From the NCBI GenBank assembly GCA_023415055.1, contig JAEZLZ010000097.1:3741-67740 (forward strand): a stretch of 64,000 nucleotides of DNA. Direction: 5' to 3'. Both the position numbers and the translations under genes were made by a program. Numbering within the stretch: position 1 is the first letter of the stretch; every line of letters begins with the position of its first letter. The notes under the pieces were generated by a model that did no database searches, was not told the origin of the DNA, and saw nothing but the letters and a program-made list of their open reading frames with translations. This stretch comes from Bacillota bacterium. GTDB lineage: Bacteria; Bacillota; Clostridia; Lachnospirales; Lachnospiraceae. Positions 1 to 10,000 of this stretch are shown one piece after another.

Positions 1-375
1 GATTATGTTTACGCATTGTCATAGGTGGATAATACTTGAAGTTATATACTATTGAAATAGTAAGTCGCTTAACAAATATGTAACAAGTAACAATGCGTAA
101 GGTTAATGCTGACGACTGCTGTAGTGAACTGTTTATTTATTGGGTAAAATCGGACTATATAAGTAGAACCTTAATATAAGGCATTTTAATGTCTTATTAT
201 GGTACATATGGAATGAGGATTTTGGAAATACAGGTATAAAAAACAATTTATTTGTGATAAATTTGGCAGGTGACACAGTTTTACCATGATTTAATATTAT
301 TGTAATATCTGTAGTAATCGAAATCGAACTTCGTATGACTACAATACGATGACAGGAGGTTAGTAAGAACGACAG

Positions 376-3087
376 ATGTTACATGAGATGCAAATGATTT
401 CAAAACTTACAAAGGATAACTCAACCCGAAACCGCCAAATTGGTCTGAAGCTTGGCTTTATGCTGGCCATAGCTTTTATCATTCTGGGCTTATATACCGG
501 CCAAGCATTGGCAGCTTCCGGGTTGCGAATATATAACTATGTAACAAAGAAGGAAAGCAGCTATACGGACAAACAAGTTAAAGTCACTCTGAACGGAAAC
601 CAGGTTACAAAAAAACAGCTTCCCGGAATTCTGATCAATGGAATCGCATTGGTTCCCTATAATGATGTATTTGAGAATTCTGAAATAGCAGCGACCTGTA
701 CTTATAATAAAGAGAAGGGAACCATTACCATCTCAAAGTACGGTAAGACGATTGCCATGACCATTGGGAGTAAGAGTGCAACAGTGAATGGCAGCAAAGT
801 GACCTTATCTGTGGCGCCGATGAAAATTAAATATTCGGAGGCCGGTGTAGCAAAGGTACTGGTGCCGTCCAGATTCATCGCAGAGACCTTAGGCCTTAGC
901 TATTCTTGGAACAGTAGCAGCAGCACCGTCTCAATCGTGAAGAATACCCTGATGTTATCCTACGATGCAGGAAAGAAGTTTGAATATACGGGAGCGATAG
1001 GGAAGGTAAGTGTTAACGGTAAAAACATTAATCTTGGTAATATGCCGGTCATTATCACTAACAATACAGCGATGCTTCGGGCAAAAGGAGTTTTTACGAA
1101 CAGTGCCATCGGGGCAACCTACAGTTATAACAAGGCAGACAAGTCAATCACTCTGACGAAGGGTAAGAATGTATTGGTAATGACACTCGGCAGCAAGACT
1201 GCCTATCTGAACGGGAAAGCGAAGAAGATGGACACTGCACCGATGACTGTCACCAATCATAACGTTGGGAGCTATTATGTCATGGTTCCGGGAGGCTTTA
1301 CCGCTACCTGCTTAGGCTACAATTACAAATGGAACAATACTACCAGAACCTCTGTGATTACTTCTGTTAAGGAGGAAACCACACCGGGCAGCGGTTCTCC
1401 GGAGCTTGGGGATAACAGTGTTATCATTGAGACAGGGACGATTCTCAGCCAATGGATCGGAGATACTACATATGTCGGAAGCGGTAATGGTCTTCATGAC
1501 TTGAATCAGAATACCTCCGGTTCAGTTCCTGGTACGATATATGCTGTGAACAGAGATTATACTAACATTAAGAAGAATGCGGAGACCTTTGTGTTCTCGG
1601 CGACCGGAAGCTTTGGCAGAATTATCTCCTCGAGCACAGGGAATAAAATCACACTGCAGTCCACGAATATGACCTGCACCGATACTACTTATCCGATGTT
1701 TGGTATCTATAGTAATTATGTAAATACGATCGGTACCTATACCAATGCAGCAGATCAGAGTACAAGGATAGAGTTGGATCTTCTAACCTCTGATTACACC
1801 TATGACCTTGCACTTTCCGCAGATCAGCATATGCTTTATGTAACCGTATATTATAATGCGCTGACGTCTGCAGTAATCGGTACGAATATGGAAGGAGATT
1901 ATCTTACTCTGACCGGGATTAAGCCACTTAAGGTGAATGTCAATCAGACCACAGGAATTGTATATGTAGATTTGCCCTACACTGCCAATAGTCTTAGCGA
2001 TGTCAACGCTGCAGTATCCGGTTCGAAATACATAAATATGTTCTATACCGTCAGTCAGGCAGATAAGACACAATTAGTTATCGGCGCAGCAGAAGGCTAT
2101 GAATTTTATGTTACAGAAAATGAGAATAAGTACTCCTTACTATTCCTAACTCCCGGCTCCACTGGACAGCAGCCTTCGAACCCGTCCTCTACGCCGAATC
2201 AGAATCTTGATCCGGGACAATGCGAAATCATCATACCCAAGCCTGCAGGGCTGACCTTGTCCATGATCTCTGATGAGGATGACTATTTTGATAACGAATT
2301 TGTACTGCGCCTTAACGGAGATTATACCTCAAGCATTAACAGCTCCAGTATCATCAACAATGCGAGTCGAGTTAACGATATCAGAGTCAGACTGAACAGC
2401 AGTAATGAGACAGAGATAATCTTTAAAACCTCGAAGCTGCAAGGTTATCAGTATACAATGAATGATTCAAATATTTATGTCAAGGTGGGCAACCCGAGAG
2501 ATATCTATCCGAATATTGTAGTACTTGACCCGGGACATGGCGGTGGTGCTACCGGAGCAGAGTACTTCAAAACCAAAGAAAAGGATTTGAACTACAAGAT
2601 ACTGTATACTCTTGGTAAGAAATATTTTAATCAGGATACCTCGAAGCTAAAGGTATATTACACCAGGATATCAGATGTGGATATGACTCTGAGTAATCGT
2701 GCTGCTTTCGCTGATAATTACGGAGCAGACCTGTTCGTCAGTCTTCATATGAATGCATCACTTTCGAGAAATGTAGTCGGTACAGAGGTATATTATTCTT
2801 CGAATAATAACAGCCCTAATCGTGCTGGACTCACTAGTAAGATTTTAGCGGATACTTTTGTCGACCGTATCTCAAGTAAGCTCGGAACAAAGAATCGAGG
2901 CTCAAGATCCGAACGCTATACTGTGGTATATAAAAATACGGTTCCTGCAGTTTTAATCGAACTTGGTTTTCTTTCTACAGAAAGTGATTTTGCGAAGCTT
3001 TCTGACCCGAGCTTCCAGGAGAATGCGGCAAAGATAATTTATGAAACCTTATTAGAGGTATTTCGTAAATATCCCACGGGAAGATAA
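376..3087 (+). CDS. Secreted N-acetylmuramoyl-L-alanine amidase (Amidase_3) with two N-terminal copper-amine-oxidase-like 'stalk' domains
   Basis: Signal-peptide-like N-terminus; two repeats of the 'G..LVP...F....GA...Y....K.ITL.K....I.MT.GSK.A..NG' stalk motif; C-terminal VVLDPGHGG, SLHMNA and PAVLIELGFLS amidase motifs. Exact start uncertain. Confidence 0.9.
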   Translation: MLHEMQMISKLTKDNSTRNRQIGLKLGFMLAIAFIILGLYTGQALAASGLRIYNYVTKKESSYTDKQVKVTLNGNQVTKKQLPGILINGIALVPYNDVFENSEIAATCTYNKEKGTITISKYGKTIAMTIGSKSATVNGSKVTLSVAPMKIKYSEAGVAKVLVPSRFIAETLGLSYSWNSSSSTVSIVKNTLMLSYDAGKKFEYTGAIGKVSVNGKNINLGNMPVIITNNTAMLRAKGVFTNSAIGATYSYNKADKSITLTKGKNVLVMTLGSKTAYLNGKAKKMDTAPMTVTNHNVGSYYVMVPGGFTATCLGYNYKWNNTTRTSVITSVKEETTPGSGSPELGDNSVIIETGTILSQWIGDTTYVGSGNGLHDLNQNTSGSVPGTIYAVNRDYTNIKKNAETFVFSATGSFGRIISSSTGNKITLQSTNMTCTDTTYPMFGIYSNYVNTIGTYTNAADQSTRIELDLLTSDYTYDLALSADQHMLYVTVYYNALTSAVIGTNMEGDYLTLTGIKPLKVNVNQTTGIVYVDLPYTANSLSDVNAAVSGSKYINMFYTVSQADKTQLVIGAAEGYEFYVTENENKYSLLFLTPGSTGQQPSNPSSTPNQNLDPGQCEIIIPKPAGLTLSMISDEDDYFDNEFVLRLNGDYTSSINSSSIINNASRVNDIRVRLNSSNETEIIFKTSKLQGYQYTMNDSNIYVKVGNPRDIYPNIVVLDPGHGGGATGAEYFKTKEKDLNYKILYTLGKKYFNQDTSKLKVYYTRISDVDMTLSNRAAFADNYGADLFVSLHMNASLSRNVVGTEVYYSSNNNSPNRAGLTSKILADTFVDRISSKLGTKNRGSRSERYTVVYKNTVPAVLIELGFLSTESDFAKLSDPSFQENAAKIIYETLLEVFRKYPTGR

Positions 3088-3113
3088 TTTAATTACATTA
3101 TAGTTTTATCGAT

Positions 3114-3158
3114 AGAGCCTGTCATATCTCAGGAGGCCTGAGGTGTGACAGGTTTCTT
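3114..3158 (+). terminator. Rho-independent terminator after the amidase
   Basis: Hairpin AGAGCCTGTCATATCTCAGG-agg-CCTGAGGTGTGACAGGTTTCT with a short T-rich tail. Confidence 0.8.
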
Positions 3159-3159
3159 A

Positions 3160-3184
3160 GTGTACCCGGTGGGCACATGTTATA
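3160..3184 (+). mobile_element. Group IIC intron 5'-end remnant (copy 1)
   Basis: GTGTACCCGGTGGGCACATGTT lies just after a terminator; it resembles the GUGYG-initiated group IIC 5' end and shares CGGTGGGCACA with 14872-14882. Confidence 0.55.
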
Positions 3185-3309
3185 ATATTGGTAAACTTTA
3201 ATTGCAGAGTGACATGGTGTCATACACTATGCTATGATGTCTGTAAGAATAAATTTTTCTATCTGTGAATTGGATAGAATTAAATTATAATGAAATTAGG
3301 GGGATGAGT

Positions 3310-4773
3310 ATGAAGGATTATCTGAACGTGATACAAAAAGTAATCGATAAGGGACCATATAAGGATACCTGGGATTCCTTATCTCAATATGAGATTCCTG
3401 GCTGGTACCGTAAGTTAAAATTCGGTATCTTTATACACTGGGGGATTTTCTCTGTGCCGGCCTTTCATAATGAATGGTATTCTACAAACATGTACAGAAA
3501 GAATTCGGAGGAATTTGAGCATCATATCAAAACCTATGGTGAACACAAGGATTTTGGGTATAAAGATTTTATTCCCATGTTCAAGGCAGAGAAGTTCAAC
3601 CCGGAGGAATGGGCAGAGCTGTTTCAGGAAGCAGGAGCAAAATATGTGATCCCGGTCGGAGAGCATCACGATGGCTTTCAGATGTATCAGAGCGATATCT
3701 CACATTGGAATGCCTTTGAGATGGGTCCAGGGAGAAATGTGCTCGGTGAACTAAAAAAAGCGGTAATCGATACAGGAATGGTGTTTGGAACCTCGTCACA
3801 TCGAGTCGAGCATTGGTTCTTCATGAGCCCTGGAAAAGAATTTGAAAGTGACATTAAAGAACCGCTAAAACGCGGAGATTTTTACTGGCCAGCGATGCCT
3901 GAGCCTGATTATCAGGATTTATTCAGCACACCACCGACACAGGAATTTCTTGAGGATTGGCTGATCCGCTGTTGTGAGATTGTAGACAAATATCAACCGA
4001 AGATTATCTATTTTGATTGGTGGATTCAGCATAGTGCTGTGAAGCCATACCTGAAGAAGTTTGCAGCTTATTACTATAATCGCGCAAAGGAATGGGGTGA
4101 GGAGGTTGTCATCAATTATAAACATGATGCCTTCCAGTTCGGTTGTGCAGTTGTGGATATTGAACGGGGACAGTTTGCCGAAGCGAAGCCCTATTACTGG
4201 CAGACAGATACCGCAGTTGCAAGAAATTCCTGGTGTTATACCGGGCAGAATATCTATAAACCGGCGAAGGAGATCCTATGCGATCTGATTGATATCGTAA
4301 GTAAGAACGGTAATCTGTTATTGAATATCGGACCGAAGAGTGATGGTACCATACCGGAGGAGGACAGAAAAATATTGTTGGAGATCGGATCCTGGCTAAA
4401 GGTAAACGGAGAGGCAATCTACGAGACCAAGGTATGGAGGATATCAGCGGAGGGGCCGACAAAGATTGAGGAGGGACAATTCGCCGATGGTAATGCCAAG
4501 CAGTTTACCAGTGAAGATATTCGTTTTACGGTTAAGGGAAGCTATCTGTATGCAACGGTTTTGTGCCCGCCGGAGAGTGGTATCATTCGTATCCAGTCTC
4601 TGGGTGAAAAGGATGCCTCAAAGCTGCCTCATTTTCATGGAATCATACGTGAAGTGTCTATTCTTGGTTATGATGGTGCTTTATGCTGGCACCGCGAGGA
4701 AGAGGCCTTGGTCATTAAAACGGATGGATGGAAGTCAGAATTTCCCGTGGTATGTAAGGTTTTGATTGATTAG
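3310..4773 (+). CDS. Alpha-L-fucosidase (GH29), probably cytoplasmic
   Basis: KFGIFIHWG, GEHHDGF, IYFDWW and VSKNGNLLLNIGP motifs; RBS AGGGGG before ATG 3310; no signal peptide. Confidence 0.92.
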   Translation: MKDYLNVIQKVIDKGPYKDTWDSLSQYEIPGWYRKLKFGIFIHWGIFSVPAFHNEWYSTNMYRKNSEEFEHHIKTYGEHKDFGYKDFIPMFKAEKFNPEEWAELFQEAGAKYVIPVGEHHDGFQMYQSDISHWNAFEMGPGRNVLGELKKAVIDTGMVFGTSSHRVEHWFFMSPGKEFESDIKEPLKRGDFYWPAMPEPDYQDLFSTPPTQEFLEDWLIRCCEIVDKYQPKIIYFDWWIQHSAVKPYLKKFAAYYYNRAKEWGEEVVINYKHDAFQFGCAVVDIERGQFAEAKPYYWQTDTAVARNSWCYTGQNIYKPAKEILCDLIDIVSKNGNLLLNIGPKSDGTIPEEDRKILLEIGSWLKVNGEAIYETKVWRISAEGPTKIEEGQFADGNAKQFTSEDIRFTVKGSYLYATVLCPPESGIIRIQSLGEKDASKLPHFHGIIREVSILGYDGALCWHREEEALVIKTDGWKSEFPVVCKVLID

Positions 4774-4944
4774 CGCTCTAAGAATGTGATAGCTGTGTCA
4801 TATATTAGCGAATAAGCACATAATATTACAAATTTATTAAATGTGTTACGAAATAATTCTTATTCCAGTTGATTTTTCTGAGAATATTTGTTAAAATAGG
4901 TCTAAATAACCACTACCTATGATTTGTGAAAAACGAGGTTCAGG

Positions 4945-5694
4945 ATGAAAATCAAGGATAAGAAAATACTTTATTTGATTTTAATGATTAATATGGTGCT
5001 TGGTTTAGCGATCTTAGTATACAATCCGACGAGCAGTATACGCCTGCAGACGAAGGATAAACAGACTAAGGCGGCTTCCAGTCTGGGACAGAAGACTCTT
5101 ACAGCAAAGCAGGAGAAGAGCGATAAAGATACTGTCTCACTAATGAGTGTATCTCTGACTCCGACACCAAGTCCGACACCGATCCCGACACCAACCCCGT
5201 TACCTGTATATCCATTGGAGGAAGAGGGATATCCCGCCGAGATCGATACACTGGTTGAGACATATTATGAAGCGAAAATCTGTTGTGATGTTGAGACTTT
5301 AAAGAGTATTTCTTCAGAGCCTTCTAATGTAATCAGTAAGAAACAGCTGTTACAATTAGTAGAAGGTATTGACGAATATGAGAATATAAAATGTTATGTT
5401 AAGAAATCATACGAAGAGGGTGCTTATATCATCTTTGTATACTATGATATCAAATTCATCGGTTTGAATACCTTAGCACCATCCTTGTCAAAGCTTTATA
5501 TAGTCACGGATTCTACCGGTGCATTAAAGATTTATGACGGTGAGATGAGTGGAGAATTAAAAGAGTATCTTGTAGCTCGAAGTGAAGATGAGGATGTGCT
5601 TGTATTACGAGACCATACAAATCAGCTTGCAACGAAGGCAAAGGAAAAAGATAAGGATTTGAAGGCTTTTTGGGAGATACTTGATAAATACTAG
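4945..5694 (+). CDS. Membrane-anchored hypothetical protein with Pro/Thr linker
   Basis: N-terminal TM helix, TPTPSPTPIPTPTP linker, globular C-terminal domain. Confidence 0.75.
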   Translation: MKIKDKKILYLILMINMVLGLAILVYNPTSSIRLQTKDKQTKAASSLGQKTLTAKQEKSDKDTVSLMSVSLTPTPSPTPIPTPTPLPVYPLEEEGYPAEIDTLVETYYEAKICCDVETLKSISSEPSNVISKKQLLQLVEGIDEYENIKCYVKKSYEEGAYIIFVYYDIKFIGLNTLAPSLSKLYIVTDSTGALKIYDGEMSGELKEYLVARSEDEDVLVLRDHTNQLATKAKEKDKDLKAFWEILDKY

Positions 5695-5715
5695 ACTTTT
5701 GAGGTGATGTAAACC

Positions 5716-6585
5716 ATGTGGATTCTTTTTGCCTTTGGTTCTGCTTTATTTGCGGGAATGACTGCAATTTTATCAAAAAGCGGAATTAAAAATACAGATT
5801 CAAATGTAGCGACTGCAGTGAGAACTGTAGTCGTATTGATATTTTCCTGGCTGATGGTTTTTCGTGTAGGATCACAGAATACGATCAGTGAGATTAGTGC
5901 AAAGACGCTGATTTTTCTGATCCTGTCGGGTTTTGCTACCGGAGCTTCCTGGTTATGCTATTTTAAAGCACTGCAGCTTGGTAATGTGAATAAGGTAACT
6001 CCAATTGATAAATCCAGTACGATCTTAACCATGCTTCTGGCAATGATATTTCTGGGAGAAAGCATAACGCTTCTTAAACTGTTTGCCATTGTATTAATCG
6101 GTGCCGGAACCTATCTAATGATACAAAAGAAGAAGGAAATTAAGGCTTCGGAGATACATAACAGCCGTTGGATCGGATATGCTGTATTCTCCGCTATCTT
6201 TGCCAGCATGACCTCGATTCTTGGTAAGATCGGAATCGAAGGAGTAGAATCGAATCTGGGTACCGCGATTCGAACGATTGTAGTGCTGATTATGGCATGG
6301 ATTGTTGTCTTTGTAACAGGTAAGCAGCATTTAGTTAAGACAATCGATCGAAAGAGCATGATTTATATTGTTCTGTCCGGATTTGCGACCGGAGGCTCTT
6401 GGCTATGCTATTACCGGGCATTGCAGGATGGTCTGGCCAGTGTGGTAGTTCCGATTGATAAATTAAGTATTTTGGTAACGATTATTTTCTCCTACATCTT
6501 TCTCAAAGAGACACTGACAAAGAGGGCGATGCTTGGCTTAGGTCTGATTGTAATCGGAACCTTATCTTTGCTGATAAAGCTTTGA
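5716..6585 (+). CDS. EamA/DMT family transporter
   Basis: Two internal repeats (SN..TA.RT.VVL; SWLCY..ALQ.G....V.PIDK); highly hydrophobic. Confidence 0.92.
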   Translation: MWILFAFGSALFAGMTAILSKSGIKNTDSNVATAVRTVVVLIFSWLMVFRVGSQNTISEISAKTLIFLILSGFATGASWLCYFKALQLGNVNKVTPIDKSSTILTMLLAMIFLGESITLLKLFAIVLIGAGTYLMIQKKKEIKASEIHNSRWIGYAVFSAIFASMTSILGKIGIEGVESNLGTAIRTIVVLIMAWIVVFVTGKQHLVKTIDRKSMIYIVLSGFATGGSWLCYYRALQDGLASVVVPIDKLSILVTIIFSYIFLKETLTKRAMLGLGLIVIGTLSLLIKL

Positions 6586-6616
6586 TGGCAGATCAGCACA
6601 CGTAATTTCTTGATAG

Positions 6617-6660
6617 AAAAGTACTTCATGTTGCTTTAGCATAATGGAGTACTTTTTTTA
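6617..6660 (+). terminator. Rho-independent terminator
   Basis: AAAAGTACTTCAT...ATGGAGTACTTTTTTT. Confidence 0.8.
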
Positions 6661-6661
6661 G

Positions 6662-6680
6662 GTGCGCGTGTGCACGATTC
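6662..6680 (+). mobile_element. Group IIC intron 5'-end remnant (copy 2)
   Basis: GTGCGCGTGTGCACGATTC starts with the canonical GTGCG right after the terminator T-tract; similar to 45550-45573. Confidence 0.55.
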
Positions 6681-6786
6681 ACAGGATAAGATTACAAACA
6701 AAGTAAGAATATGGTAGAAACTTTATTGGGAAAGGGATATAATATCGATAAATAATTATAAATAATAGGTTGGAGGGGGTATTATT

Positions 6787-6915
6787 ATGTTTTCAGCTAT
6801 ATCATTATTTGCGGTTATTATACCGTTACTGCAGCTTGTGCTGATGGTATTAGGGATTTATGTATTGATTGTCTTTCTAAAAGCATTGCAGATATACATA
6901 AGGAACAACGGTTAA
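6787..6915 (+). CDS. Small 42-aa membrane protein (not in ORF track)
   Basis: MFSAISLFAVIIPLLQLVLMVLGIYVLIVFLKALQIYIRNNG; strong RBS GGAGGGGG 7 nt upstream; TATAAT -10-like box further upstream. Confidence 0.7.
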   Translation: MFSAISLFAVIIPLLQLVLMVLGIYVLIVFLKALQIYIRNNG

Positions 6916-7051
6916 TACTTACACCTAAAGAGAGAAGAATATATATAGGCAAGGACAAAACAAACATATTGAGATCATGGTATGCACATCATTCATGTTA
7001 TCAGATATCTCAAATATCTCACATTAATAATTAATTAAGGAGCTGCTGCAG

Positions 7052-10000
7052 ATGAATTCCCTGAACATATTTCATCCATTTACAAGAGATTGGTTTAGCC
7101 GTTCCCTGGGTTCACCGACTCAGGTACAGGAGGAGGCTTGGCCTGCGATAGCGTCAGGGACCCATACTCTGGTTAGCGCACCTACCGGTACCGGTAAGAC
7201 TTTATCTGCTTTTCTTGTCTTTCTGGATCGCTTGAAGACAGAAGCCCGGTCTGGAACTCTTAAGCAGGAGCTCCACTTAATCTACGTATCTCCCCTGAAA
7301 TCATTAGCCGGGGATATCCGCGAGAATTTAAAACGCCCACTCATCGGTATCTATGAGGAGGAGCTTCACAGCGGAAATTATGAACAGAGTGAATCACCTA
7401 GCCTTAATGTAGCGATTCGTACCGGAGATACCACACAGAGTGAGCGCAGGCAGATGATCAAAAAACCTCCGCATATATTAATCACGACACCGGAATCCTT
7501 ATATCTGATGCTGACCAGCAAGTCCGGACAGTCCATTCTGCAAACAGCCAAGGCTATCATTATAGATGAACTCCATGCACTCATTGATTCCAAGCGAGGA
7601 GCACATCTGATGTTGTCCATTGCAAGACTGGACCGACTTTGCGCTGAACCGTTGCAGCGTATTGGATTATCTGCGACGATAGAACCCTTAAGCGAGGCAG
7701 CGAAATATCTGTCCCCAGAGCCTGTTACCATCGTAGCCCCTAAGATGCATAAGGAGATCAGGATAGAGATTACCAGTCCGATACCGGAACGGCAAAGCGG
7801 AATTAAGGATTCGGTATGGCAGGAGGTAGCCAGAGCAGTTTATGCTCATTGCAAGGATTCAAGAAGTATCATTGCGTTTGTGGAGGGCAGAGCCTATGCA
7901 GAGAAGCTCGCATATTATGTGAACCTGATTGCCGGTGATGGCTTTGCCAGAACACACCATGGAAGCTTATCAAAGGAACAGCGCTTTGAAGTCGAGAGTT
8001 GTCTGCGTAATGGGACGCTGCGAATGCTATGTGCGACCTCCTCCATGGAATTGGGTATTGATGTAGGCGAGATTGAGCAGGTATTCCAGATTGGTTGTCC
8101 CAGGTCTATCTCCAGTACGATGCAACGTCTTGGCCGAGCCGGTCATAACCCGAACCGGACCAGTGTTATGCGCATCTTTCCAAGGTCAGCTGCAGAAGGT
8201 TTGTATAGCGGTCTGACTGCAGAGGTTGCAAGAATGGGAGGGGTGGAGCATTCGAATCCCCCCAGGCTGTGCCTGGATGTACTGGCCCAGCATCTGGTCT
8301 CTATGGCAACCGGTGATGGATATGACCTAGACGAGGTGATGGAGCTTTTACCAAGAGCTTATCCGTTTTGCGAGGTGACGAAGGAAGATGTGAAGGGTGT
8401 TCTTGCTATGTTGGCCGGGGATTTTGAGCATGATCGAAATATTCCGGTTCGCCCAAGAATCCTTTATGACCGGATCAATGAACGGGTGGAGGGAGATCCT
8501 TACAGCCGCATGCTGGCGGTATCAGCAGGAGGAACGATTCCGGATAAGGGCCTGTATGCAGTAAAGACGGAAACCGGTGTAAAGCTAGGAGAACTGGATG
8601 AGGAATTTGTATTCGAATCCAGAGTCGGCGACCGTTTTCTACTCGGAACCTTTGCATGGCAGATTACAAAGATTCAAAAGGATACGGTGGAAGTCACGCA
8701 GTCGAATATATACGGTGCCAGATTACCCTTTTGGAAGGGTGATATGAAGGGACGCAGATTACAAACCGGTTTAGCCTTTGGAGCGATACTCCGCAGACTG
8801 GTGATCGCGAATGAGTTAGGGACCCTGAGTAAGGAGCTAAGTAAGCTGGGACTGGATGATGAGGCGGTATCCGGTGCAGAAGATTATATCAAGAGACAGC
8901 TGATGGCAACCGGTATCCTGCCGGATGACCGTACCATTATAGTAGAGCATTTTCGTGATGAGACGGGAAATCAGCAGATGATGGTACATTCCATCTTTGG
9001 TAAACAGATTAACTCGCCTCTTGCAATCCTGACACTGGAGGCAGCAAAAAGACATACGCATGCCAATATCAGTTATGTGGAGGATGACGACGGATTTTTG
9101 TTGTTCCCATATGGTGAAGAGGAGCTTCCGGAAGGGCTGCTTCAGGAGCTCAAGACAGAAGAGGCAAGAGCGGTGCTGGAGGCGGTGCTTCCGGTGACGC
9201 CTCTGTTCAATATGAATTTCAGATATAATACGGCACATGCATTGATGATGGGAGTACGAAAGACCGGAAGACAGCCTCTGTGGGTTCAGAGGATGAGGAG
9301 TGCCGAGATGCTCGAATCTCTGATAAAGTACACAGAGCATCCGCTAATTCGTGAGACCAAAAGGGAATGTCTCGAGGATTATTGGGACCTTCCGGGGCTG
9401 GAATATGTCCTAAGCGGAATCCGTTCCGGCAATATTCAGGTCTGTGAGCTGTTCGTGGAAACACCGTCCCCGATGTCCTTCCTGCTCCGTCAGCAGACAG
9501 AGGCAGCCAATATGTATGATTATTCTCCGACTCCGATGGGAATTCATAAAGCGACGGAGGAGGCACTGAAGGAAGCGACAATGATAGCTCCGGAGCCGGA
9601 ACATCTGGCCAGGGTATCGGAGCGAAGACACCTTCCGGAGGATGAGAAACAGCTGCATTCGCTTCTGATGATGGAAGGGGATCTGGTTGCAGGAGAGCTT
9701 GAGGTTCCGATCGAATGGCTGGAGATTTTGGCCAGAAGGGGACAAGCCTTCTATATCGAACCCGGCTTATGGATCGCAGCTGAGCAGGCAGAACGATACC
9801 GGTCAGCCCTGGAAGAAGGAGAATTTACTGCCAGAAAACAGCTGGTGCTGCGGCTGCTGCGATATCGTGGTGCTCAGACAGCGGAGCTGATCAGTGAGCG
9901 GTATTACTGGAAGAAGGGTCAATCGGAAGCTTTATTAAAGGAACTATGTAAAGAAGGAGAGGCAATTGAAAATGAAGGCTTATATTATCACTCGGAGCTT

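Noticed and set aside
5158..5199. Short tandem repeat CCGACACC
   Set aside because: It simply encodes a Pro/Thr linker.
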